Source: Mytilus edulis | Lineage: Eukaryota | Direction: 5' to 3' | Length of the DNA: 64,000 bases | NCBI RefSeq assembly: GCF_963676685.1 | Contig: NC_092348.1 | Coordinates: forward strand, 80,848,001 to 80,912,000 | Shown here: positions 11,993 to 23,042 of the stretch, one piece after another | Numbering within the stretch: position 1 is the stretch's first letter | Layout of the letters: every line of letters begins with the position of its first letter | The notes under the pieces: generated by a model | What the model was told of the DNA's origin: nothing | Seen by the model: the letters and a program-made list of their open reading frames with translations, nothing else | Databases searched by the model: none | Translations under genes and position numbers: made by a program

Positions 11993-12701
11993 TTGGCCAT
12001 GTTAATTTCGGGGAAATTATTTTTTACCCCCAAGTCAATTATACATCAGTATAGTATATATTCTTAATTATCAGTTCCAATTATTATTGTATAAGTAAGC
12101 ATGGGATTATTTTGCATATCGTGCTGCTGGTATCCACCGCAGCCGATACCCCGCTGCTGGTATCCACCGCAGCCGAAACCCCGCTGCTGGTATCCACCGC
12201 AGCCGAAAAACCCGCTGCTGGTATCCACCGCAGCCGAAACAATGTTGCAGGTATCCACCGCATCCTATAGTTAATAGTTTATTTTTAGAATAATGTTTCA
12301 AATTATTGTTTAGATTAGGTAGATTTTTTATAAAGTGAGTAGCCCCCGAGAAAGCCAAAACATAGATACATTTATTGATTATATTGTTACATTTTTTACA
12401 TGTTGTCATGTAGTTTTAGCAATTTATAATGGAAGTAGTATAGCTTGTTTTTATTAGTCTAGATAATAAATATATATACCACTATGCTATATTATGATGT
12501 TTGTTGTTTTGTCGTCTTTAGATATAATGCGAGGTTAAGAAGGGATCGGAATAACTATAGACAATAGCTTTTACTGATTGTCATTTAGAGAACATGTGTG
12601 CTTATATACAGTCATATAGATTTAACATTTGGGTTGTCGTAATTTGTCTTTGGTTAGTCGTTTTTCAAGTCACTGATACTAGAAAAGTATGATTGTATAA
12701 A
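11993..12701 (+). repeat. Split direct repeat B2
   Basis: Copy of B1 with one extra unit of the 30-bp array (12121-12267). Confidence 0.95.
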
Positions 12702-12800
12702 ATCATTATATAAAGTTTTTACCCATTTTAAGAAGGAACGTGGTATTTCAAATTTTAGAAGAGATTCATACATGAGGGGTAATTCTAAAGAATGCATTCC
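12702..12800 (-). pseudogene. Upstream part of the same L1/Tx1 RT fragment
   Basis: Minus strand reads LELPLMYESLLKFEIPRSFLKWVKTLYND and joins in frame to TKGRLSNN at 243 when 244-12701 is removed. Confidence 0.75.
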
Positions 12801-14488
12801 TATTACTAATTCATTGAGCTTTTAACTAGCTTTCAGTAACTTTTTCAGTGGTTTTTCTCAAATCGTACTTTCGTGTTAATTTGACCGGTTGATACCATTT
12901 GTAATGCATTTTTGTTATACAATGTTTACTTAAAAGTTTTAAATCTCGTCTCACTATTTTGTAAATATACCACTTTTGACAATTGATACCACCTTTGACA
13001 ATTGATTGGTATGGCGAAATTTTCTTACTTATGTTCTCGTTCTATGAATAACAACAACATTTGTGTAAAGAATATTTACGAACTCCATGTATACCTTACG
13101 ACAGTTTATTTTTGTTTACCTGTGTACGTTATTTTATTTGTCGGTATTTTGACTTAGGTTATGGTTGTCTTTCAGATATTGTTTCACCCGGTTTTTTAAA
13201 ATTAATTTTGTATTTACATTGTGTCATAGATCAAATTGATTCGTTCAGTGTATGTTTACTTCTTTTTGTTTATATGTCTTTTGATCAAGTAAAGCCATTC
13301 CAATTGATACGTTATAGTGTGTCTTTCAATGTTGCGATGTTACACTATTGTTTCAGGGAAGGGTGATGGTTGGCGCCTATTTAATCGTTTAACCCGATGC
13401 ATTTGTTTGCACATCTCCCAATTAAGGAACCTGATGTCCAGTGTTTGTCATTTGACGATGTAGTTCATAAGTATTTCTCGTTTCTAATTTTTTATATAAA
13501 TTATACCGTTGGTTTTCCTGTTTGAATGGTTTTACACTAGTTATTTTGTGGGGCCCCTAATAGCTCGCACTTCTTTATGAGTCAAGGCTCCATGTTGAAT
13601 GCCGTACTTTGACCTAGTATGTTTTACTTTTACTAATTGTGATTTGGATGGAGATTTGTCTCATTGGCACTCGTATCCACATCTTCTTATATCTATTGTT
13701 ATGATTATACAATAAACAATATAAATACATGAGAGTTTGGCTACTTTTTTATTCTTTATTTGCCTGAAGGATTATTTACTCGACTGAAATTCATTGTATT
13801 GGCACTATTTTTCCAATCTAAATTACTATTGAAAACAGACTGAAATGCAGTGTAAAAGTACCTTTTCATCAAAATTACTATTTAAAAAATGAAATGAACA
13901 CGTCATAAATTTAATGTCTCCGTAGCGCTTTCTTGAATTTACCTTCATCAGGTTAGGTTAATTTCAAATTGCATAAGAATCAAGTTGACAGTTGAAGAGC
14001 TATAGGACCAAAGAAAAAGACATAAAAAATAACCAAATTCATCTAAGGTCGACTTTCCCTGAGGGAGTTGCAACTTTGATCTCTATGTTATTTCAAAACG
14101 GACAATTTTGAAAAGGTTTGTTTCAAAATAATGTTAGTACCGAAGTACTTGGTAGTCAACCGAGATATCGATCAGTGCTGTAAAAAATGAAAACAACATG
14201 TTATAAAATTTATGTATAGGAAGCCCTTTTCTTGATTTACAGTCAGCAGGAAAATTCATTGCAAAATATGGAAAAGCCAAGGTTGTGTAAGATTTAATAT
14301 AGTTGTAGAATTATATAACAAAAGAAAAAAAGTCCTAAGAAATAACCAGATCCATCTAAGGTCAACTTTGAAACAGACTGAAATACAGTGTAATTGCACC
14401 TTTTCATCTAAATATCTTACTTTTTTAACAAAAAGTGTAGAATATTCTACATATATGTCACGTGATAATACTTTCTTTATATATATGT

Positions 14489-15087
14489 ATAACTCGTCTA
14501 AACATCAACCCAACAATGTTAGATCTGTGAAAGCAAATTTGTGTTCTTCTGTCGCCGGGATTCGAACCCATGCTACTGAGATTTCGTGACACCAAATCGC
14601 CTGCAATGTAGCCGTCCTACTAGACCACACGATTCACCTGGTCTTCATAAAAATGAAGCTTTTGGTAGCTGGATGTTACCTTTCCACGTCAGTTTTAATC
14701 TAGCGTCGTACTACAGTGCATGATATATAAGGCATGGAGATGTTATTTTTACAGATCAGCTAAAGTATCTACAGTAAAGGATTTTACAAATTAATGTAAG
14801 ATACAGTCACAGAAAATAATTATATTTATAAGTACGTCTGAGCCAGTGACAACTCTACAACAGATTTATCCATCGGATCACCATCAGTGATGGTGATACA
14901 TGGCTGTGTACATTATGTATATACAACTCGTCTAAACATCAAACCAACAATGTTAGATCTGTAAATTTGCCTTTGCGAATTTTTTGGTCTTCCCTCGCCG
15001 GGATTCGAACCCATGCTACTGAGATATCGTGACACCAAATCGCCTGCACTGTAGCAGTCCCGCTAGACCACACGACCACCTGGGCTT
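14489..15087 (-). repeat. tRNA-derived (Pol III SINE-like) element in tandem, ~435-bp period, about 1.4 units
   Basis: Minus strand GCCCAGGTGGTCGTGTGGTCTAGC...GGGTTCGAATCCCGGC has an A box and a B box. Direct repeats of about 160 bp lie at 14489-14642 and 14924-15087. Confidence 0.7.
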
Positions 15088-16992
15088 ATCTAATATTCAT
15101 ATTTCAAGATACACAAATGTATTTTTTTAACGTTTTATTTTTTAATAAGCATTGGCTACTGATCATATGATAAACATGTAGACCTAAGTCACCTAGGAGT
15201 GTTCTGCATTTTAGAATTCTTTATCTTCTATGTGTGGCTTTCTCATTGATAAAAAACTAGCTGCCATAGTATAGCAAAGAACACCAATAAACATGTAAAC
15301 AAAACAGTCTTCTACTTATTAAGAAAAAGGCTAATTGTTGTCCTATTTGTGCTTCATGTTTGTTGATCTTGTTCCTAGTATCACCCTTAATTAATTGCAA
15401 AAACTATCTACTCGTGAACGGTTCATAGATACCTGTGCAATATTTAGGGGATATCATGTTGTTATATTGCAATTTCGCTTTGACATCCGAAAGCTGCAAT
15501 CTTTGAAAGCTTAAACAAAAATCGCTGTTCCACGCAACATTATTTCTTGATCGTAAAAGAGTACTTACTTGCCACTTGTTAGTAAAACTAGTGTTTGGAA
15601 AGCCGCAGTGTAATATTTCAACGCACTTTGGCAGTGCAAAAATAAACTATCAAAATTAATATATAAAGTTTTATTTTTCATGAATCACATTTTTACAATT
15701 ACAAGCATTGAATTTTACACTTTTTATCAGAATTATATAACAATATACATTTTTTTCTTCATTTCCACACACTACAGTTCACGCGATCTTTAGATGCTTC
15801 TCAAACAATCACTAGTTTCTTCATTCGTCTAGTTTCTTTCATTATTGACATCTTAAACTACACTGAAATAATATAATATAACATTCAATTAAGAAGAAAA
15901 AAAATATGAAACACAAAATAGCATATGTTGTATCTTTGTATTAGACTTGAAATATTGTCATTGTATGCCGAGTTTTAGTGTAATTTGTGATTAGAGTTTA
16001 TAAATAAATCGAGATGTTTGGTAAAGGTCATTGAGATAGCACCCAAAAGCAAAGGTTCAAATAAAAAAAGGTATGCGAGTGAAGGTCGCGTATCGAATAA
16101 AAAATGACAACACGTTTTTATCTCTGATACCCATGTGTGTAGTAAAGTTCGTATTTTAACGCTTTTCTCTCTTTTTTTACCGGACAGTATATGTTTTTCT
16201 CTGCCATTTTATACCTATACAAATTATTATCATGATAACCATGATATGGTATTCATTATAATCCTGGTACCTTTGATAACTATTGATCGAATAAATGTCT
16301 TAAGATTAAACAAAACTACAACAATCTACCATATTATGTATGTTAATGATACTTACAATAAGTTTAACGACCGAATAAACCATTGCCATTGTTGTTGCTC
16401 AAAAGAAGAAGCAACACGAAAAACATCACTGAAAAACAAAGAAATGTTACAATTACCATTCACTATTGAAATCAAATCATTGTTTTTCCTAAATAAAGGC
16501 CCCATAACTATTGAGAATGTATAGGTAGTTATCAATATCTGTTTTGTTTACGCATCGTTATAAATATAACGGAATTTGATGCGACTGTCATACAAGTGAC
16601 AGGCTTAGGGCTATAAAACCAGGTTCAATCCACCTTTTTCTACATTTGAAAATGCCTCTACCAAGTCAGGAATGTGACAGTTGTTGTCCATTCGGTTTTG
16701 CCATTTGATTAGGGACTTTCCTTTTTGAATTTTCCTCTGAGTTCAGTATTTTTGTAATTTTACTTTTTACGATAGTTAGAAGAAATTTTCCGCACAAGAA
16801 ATATATAGGCCATGAATTTTAGAAGATTTACAAATCAAAAGTATAATTGTCTACATGCTATGTGAATCAATTTTTAGAGATAATATATAGATAGAAAAAT
16901 GAAGATGTTATAAGAATGCCAATGAGACAATTCTTCATCCAAGTAAGAGAATATCGTGAAAGTTTTATACACTGATATATCATAGATAGAAA

Positions 16993-17355
16993 TTAGAACT
17001 TACGAAGACCTCCTCCTTGTCCGAACAAACCACCGTCCATCCCTCCACCAATACCACCGGCCAAATCTCCACCATAACCCCCGGCATATGGACCAGCCAT
17101 AGCGCCTCCATAAACTGGTAATGGTTGGTATTGTGTGATTTCGTCAACGTAACCTCCCTTCTTTCCATATCCGGAGTATCCATGATAACCACCTGATTTG
17201 CCGTATCCTTGATAACCTCCCATTCCGTATCCTTGATTACCATACCCGGACCATCCACCCTTCATGTATCCACCTCCATTGCCGTAACCATCAGCACTAA
17301 CACAGTTCAGGGCAAACAGACCCAAGACGGCGACAACGGCAAGTGTGGCTTTCAT
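16993..17355 (-). CDS. Secreted Gly/Tyr-rich protein, copy 1 (120 aa)
   Basis: Signal peptide MKATLAVVAVLGLFALNCVSA; the 99-aa mature part has 40 Gly and 14 Tyr. The acceptor TTTCAG|A lies immediately before the ATG. Confidence 0.9.
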   Translation of the reverse strand: MKATLAVVAVLGLFALNCVSADGYGNGGGYMKGGWSGYGNQGYGMGGYQGYGKSGGYHGYSGYGKKGGYVDEITQYQPLPVYGGAMAGPYAGGYGGDLAGGIGGGMDGGLFGQGGGLRKF

Positions 17356-18314
17356 TCTGAAATTCAGAAATAATAATTAATTATATCATCAGATGAAATC
17401 AGAATGACATGCAACTCTAAACAATATTTCAACATGTTTTATAAAAGATTTTGAAAATTAAATCCACATATTCATTTTTTTAAATTGAAGAAACAATTAA
17501 AATATGAAAAATGAATGATTTAATATAAATGATACCTCATTTTCATTCTCAATTTGATATTTGATATTTTTTCAATATTTAGCATTATAATTGATCTCTG
17601 TATAAACTTTTACAAAAATAAACAACATGCATATCAACAACGTACGAGTTTAATAGGCACAGACTGTTCTTCATTACTGGTATTTTTTATTCAGTAAAAA
17701 ATTCTCAATATTAAGTACAAAATGTTTTATGATTGCAACATGCAATATAAGAAAAGAATACCGTCCTCTCAATCTCTTTTTTGTCTCAATCTAGCTCTTT
17801 CTTTCTCGCTTGTGTTTGTGTTTTTGTTGGTTTTTTTTTAGATTGCTATGCTGTGCGTCAACCTTTGACATTACCCCTTATTATATATTTCATCTCCATT
17901 TATAAATATTTCTTCTTAATTTATCTACTTATTTCTGTTATATTGAATACATTGAAAAATACAATTTCATTTGAATTATTTATATTTTTGTAGATATTAA
18001 AAAAAATGAATAATATTAACATCAATTATATTTTGACACATATCATGTTGTTGCTTAGCCTGTCGATTTATTTGTAGAACATGTTTAAACCCTTTTTAAT
18101 TTAAGGAAAGAATATGTAAATTTTGAAAAAATAAGAACGACCATACAATGAGTTCCTTATTCTAATTATGAATTCAAATTTTATATAAATATTTGAATGA
18201 TTATTTATTTCTTTTTTTCCGGAAAAATAGTGAAGAATAATTGAGTATATATATACATATTTTGATGATTAAGTTATTTTTAAATTGTTATTACTACACC
18301 TGCAGTGGACTTAC

Positions 18315-18368
18315 ATGTTTGCTGGTTGGGAACTCAGTGATAAACAGAGAAACATTCTGGTATATATA
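18315..18368 (-). promoter_or_regulatory. TATA box, Inr and non-coding exon 1 of Gly/Tyr-rich gene copy 1
   Basis: Minus strand TATATATA (18368-61)...ATCACTGAGTTCCCAACCAGCAAACAT|GTAAGT, conserved in all three copies. Confidence 0.75.
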
Positions 18369-19529
18369 CAAAATATATTGATACGCAATTTGTGCTAATT
18401 ATTACAAGTTCCGCTATAGACACATAAGGTTACAGATAAACTTCCATATTGATGTCTGTCTGGTCATTCGATAACATAAAGTGTTGACATGTAAATTCTC
18501 AAATAAAAATAGGCAGACTTACTGATTATAGAAACCATTCTTAATATATGTGCTGTTTTATAACGATCTACATTGCATATCTTGTCAAAAAGTCTGGTAC
18601 ATGTTTTATAATAGATTTTGGAAAGTAATTCCACATATTTCTTTTTTTTAATTTATTTAACGATTTAAATATGAAAAACGAATGACTTAATATAAATAAT
18701 ATTTTTTTTTAATATTTAGCATCTAATTGATCTCTATATAACAAAAATAAAAAAGAACATGCATAATTTATGAATCTTTTTTTTATATTACTGGAATATT
18801 TTTAAGTCTGAATAATTTTAAATAATTAGTACAAATTGTTGGTAAACATCATACCTATTATTAAATATTTATGTCATTTTATCTTTTCTTTATTCTTAAT
18901 GTATTTTTTTCTCTATTTTTTAAGAATATATTGAATGTCATTTTTCTCTTTCTTTATTTTCAATGTCATATTTTTCTCTGTTTTATATATATATTGAATG
19001 TCATTTTTCTCTTTATTTTTAAGGTCATTTTTTCTATTTATTTTTAATGTCATTTTGTCTCCCTTTTTAAATATATATTGTATGTTATTAATCTCTTTTC
19101 TTTATTTTCTAGTCTATTATTTGATACCTGTATACATTTTTCGTTATTGTTTATTTATTTTTCTTTGCCCATTTTTTTATTGCTATTTAATCTTTATGCT
19201 TTGGTTCATTATTCTTCATTGTGTAAACTCTCACCTAGACCCTCGTATAATCTATTTATGTTTCATTTATATTTAAAACACAAATGAAATTTCAAAGAAA
19301 ACTACTAGATATTCAAACTAATGCTTTTTAAGGAGTTGATTAAAATTTCATTTGTTAGCCAATTTTATGCATTATTACAGCCTTTTGTCATCATAGGCTA
19401 TTTCCTAGTATCGACAAACCTGAAAATCATAAACGGAATTACTTTAAGATGTACACATCTGACGAGCCAAACATTTCTAGGATTAAACTTTTTTCCTAAC
19501 CTTATTTTTAGGTTAATATAACTGTAAAA

Positions 19530-20190
19530 GCAAAAAAAAGAAAAAAAAAGCAATAAGTGAAGAAAACATTGTATGGGGGTGCACTTCTATTTTGCAACGA
19601 CCCTTTGAAGTACCCAATTTTGATGATTTTCCCATTTTCATTAATTGATACTCATTTTTGGACGATTATCGTGAAAAAAAATCGCAATTCCACAATTAAA
19701 CTTTTTTTCATACTTTAAATAAAGATGAAGTGGACCGATCTGGATAAATTTAACTTTAAAACAAATATATGTAGGTGTTCATATGAGAAAGTTTTATCAG
19801 ATTCTGATGCTTTTCGTGTCATATTTACCCTCCTGTCAATTTTGTCAATTTTTGATTTTTCTTTATTGTTAAAACAAAATGCATATTGTTACAACATTTT
19901 TTGTCATTGTCTATGAGCTTGCATTAAAAATTGCGCTGCATAGTATACTAATTTAAGATTTCCCGAAAATAAGGAGTTATTTTTGGAGTAGTTATTTTCC
20001 CAAAGGCAATTCTTTCTTATGATATTTTAAACATGGGGTGAAAATTGGCATGCAGAAAAGTGACATATGAACAATTTAGGGTATACCCGGTTTTTATGAA
20101 GTTAGACTTTAGGTAAAATATTTAGAAAGCTGTGAAAATTGCTAAATTTGGTTGCACAGATAAGTTTTTTTAACCGGTGGTCTGACACCT
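19530..20190. mobile_element. Truncated Kolobok-like DNA transposon copy
   Basis: The right ~300 bp match 21490-21783, including the terminal GGTGGTCTGACACCT. It is absent from duplication unit 2. Confidence 0.55.
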
Positions 20191-20589
20191 TATCTAGTAC
20201 TTTCAATGACTCTACCAACCATAGCCAATGAACTTCATGTTTTGATAATACAAAACCACCTATTTTTTCGTATATAGATAAATTACAGATTTTTTAAAAT
20301 TTCTAATTATACATCAGACGTCAATATAGAAATTAGTGCTCCTTCCACTTCCTGAGACTGTAAAATTTATAGTTTAAGATATGGAAAGGACCAAAATATC
20401 GTTCTCTATCTATAAAAGATTGGAAACAGTGTCATCAGGTCACGAAAATCCTTTATAAGTCTCTAGACAATTATATGAATAAAATTATGAATACTGTATA
20501 TATATTCGTTATTTAATTTTGAAAACAAATTCTTAAGTTAATAATAGGGTCCATGATATACAAATTTCTACAACAAAAAAACCCAAACT

Positions 20590-21075
20590 TTAATTACTCG
20601 CAAAACAGTATGTGTTCACCGACAGACACCGCCGCCAATAATGTTATGCCACGTGGTGTGACTATACACGAGACGGATGTTCTCAAATAGGAACAATTCG
20701 TCTACATTCAGGTCCGTACGCTTCACAGAGGGTAAAATTGAAAACAAGATTATCAATGTCACTACCCAGTTTAAAGCTTCTCCGGAACATTTGAAAGTCC
20801 CGAATGTATACTCCTTACCTAAATTACACAAACAACCATTTTAATTCCGTTTCATCCTCGCATCTATTATTAAAGTGTTATATTACTACTCTCTACGATA
20901 CAATTTTTTTTCATATTTAATTAGATAGTCTTTTGAATAATCAAATTCCAAAGGTATTTGCTGTAACTCGTTTAAAGCCTTTTTCCGTAACGGAAATGGA
21001 AAGTACGCTAGATATACCTACTGGAAATGCGAAGAGTTGATTGAAGCTTTAAATTATCTCCTGGACAACATGTTT
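20590..21075 (+). pseudogene. Degraded Penelope-like RT fragment (duplicated at about 36570-37190)
   Basis: Translations VPNVYSLPKLHKQPF*FRFILAS and YWKCEELIEALNYLLDNMF resemble the PLE RT motif LPKxHK...RxI. Confidence 0.6.
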
Positions 21076-21312
21076 ATAGATATAAGATGTGGAATGAGTG
21101 CCAAGTCACAATAAGTAAAAGTTAACCATTGTATTTCAAAGTACGGTCGTTAACACCGAGTCTTGGCTCATACCGAACAGCAAGCTATAAAGAGACTAAA
21201 AAATGACTCAATGGCAAATATTTGTATAAGATTCAAAAGAGTTGACAAAAAAAGATCTAAACAAAACAAATCCATTAAGCTAAACTTTGGAAGAGACTGA
21301 AAAACAGTGTAA

Positions 21313-21783
21313 TGGTGTCATACCACCAATTACTCCCTCAAATTTAGAACGTATGTGAAAGAAGGCCTACTCGGACAAAAAATAGTGCATTTGATGTCAT
21401 TGTTCACCTAAACTAACCAACAAATTTGCAGAAATGAAAGTTTTGTTGAAAGAGAAATATATTAAGACCATTTTGAGCCAAAATTTACCTGTCTATGAGT
21501 TTGCATTAAAAATTGATGATTAATGCGCTCCATAGTATACTAATTTAAGATTTCCAGAAAACCAGGGGTTATTTTTAGTGGTACCTCCTTTCGGAAGCTC
21601 TCTGCTTTCTAATATGATTTTGAATGTATGTTGAAAATTGGCATGCAGAAAGGTGACACCTGTACGATTCAGGATATACCTAGTTTCTATGAAGTTAAAC
21701 TTAAGGGAAAATATTTAGAAAGCTGTGAAAATTGCAGAATTTGGTTGAACAGATAGGGACTTTTAATTGGTGGTATGACACCT
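21313..21783. mobile_element. Kolobok-like MITE
   Basis: TIR GGTGTCATACCACCAATT...AATTGGTGGTATGACACC flanked by GTAA/TTAA. A related empty site CAGTGTAATTGCACC occurs at about 14385. Confidence 0.7.
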
Positions 21784-21857
21784 TTAATTGCACTTTTTCG
21801 TCTCAACATCTTAAAAAGAAGAGAATAATCTGAATCGTGATCGTGATAATATATACA

Positions 21858-22600
21858 TCTATAATACTAAAATTACGAGGTCCAATTTGTCAGCTGTCAT
21901 CACGTAAAAACGACGAATCACAGAATTCAACTTTATATATAACTAATATAGTACAAAGGTGTAGATTAAAAATTACACCACTCCAGGCCCTTTTGTTTTC
22001 CACGTAATTAATATTGCCAATAATTAAGAAGTTTCGGGTCGAGTCCGCTACCGATACCAATAGTATATTAACCTGTTACCTATTACCTTATCTGTACGTT
22101 CCGCATCTGAAAGGCGCACCACCAAACGTTGTATTCAGGATTAATATGCTATATACACGGGTCATAACCACAGGGTTGACACTATTAAATTGTCAAATTG
22201 TTACCTATTGTAGTATTTTAATCAGTAAGACTTTCTAAGATAACAATACGAATACTAAAAATCTGGACTAAAAATAAGGCGTATAGGTACAGTTTTCAAT
22301 TTGTTAGTGGGCATGACGTAAAACAGCGAAGCAAAGAATTCAACTTTATTTATAACTTATATAGGACAATGCTGTTGATTAAAAAATACTCCATTCCAGG
22401 ACCTTTTGTTTTCCAAATAATCAATATTATTGTTTCAGTTCGACGGGTTCAAACAGAAAGACTTAAAAGCAGAGAAAAACTGTGTATCTTATAATCGGCA
22501 TGACTTTATCAGATGACAATACTAATACTAAAATAAGGCTTGCACAAAGTTATATACTTTAATTCAGTCACGGACCCGTGATATCACGGGTGTGTTCTAG
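21858..22600 (+). mobile_element. Non-autonomous Helitron
   Basis: 5' TC, 3' CTAG, subterminal palindrome ACCCGTGATATCACGGGT (22574-22591); inserted between A and T with no TSD. Confidence 0.85.
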
Positions 22601-23042
22601 TATCATATAAAATTAAGAATGAAAATGGGGAATGTGTCAAAGAGACAATTAACCAAACAAATGAGCGGAAAACAGGGTATTCATCGCAGCGAGAAAATCC
22701 CGCACCCGAGAAAAGAAACTAAAATTTAAAAATCATACAAAACTAACAAAGGCCAGGGGCTCCTGACTTTGGACAGGCGCAAAAATGCGCCGGGTTTAAA
22801 TATGTTTTTTGGTATCTTAAGTCTTCCTCTAAAAACAACACAGCAACTCACACAGTAAAAATCAGTTTAAAAGAAGTTCGAGTCCGATGTCAGAATAGGT
22901 AACAAAAGAAACAAAACGAAATGACAATGATACAAAAATTAATACATAAATACTAGCAGTAACTGACAGGCCTGCTCCAGAACTCAGTTAAAAATGTTAT
23001 GTCTTTATCATATTAATCACAATCCCTCCCGTTAGGGGTTTA

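Larger units (their letters stand above)
244..12701 (+). mobile_element. Full-length Ngaro/PAT-type DIRS (tyrosine recombinase) retrotransposon with split direct repeats
   Basis: The arrangement is A1(244-505)-gag-pol-YR-B1(10977-11655)-A2(11656-11917)-spacer-B2(11993-12701). RT, RNase H and YR ORFs are present and there is no target-site duplication. Confidence 0.95.

Noticed and set aside
11105-12267. CRISPR-like appearance of the 30-bp hairpin repeats
   Set aside because: The units are contiguous with no unique spacers, there are no cas genes, and the context is a eukaryotic retrotransposon.
14990-15087. Functional tRNA gene
   Set aside because: A and B boxes are present but the acceptor stem is poor and the anticodon region is oversized, so it is treated as a tRNA-derived repeat.
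16980-17258. 92-aa alternative-frame ORF present in all three Gly/Tyr genes
   Set aside because: It is the shadow frame of GGN-rich codons, which rarely yield stops. Its conservation follows from the main ORF.
18880-19290. Hydrophobic Phe/Leu-rich ORFs resembling membrane proteins (also 13061, 17781, 34537, 47335 and others)
   Set aside because: They are translations of T-rich low-complexity or repeat DNA and are not conserved as ORFs in the paralogous units.
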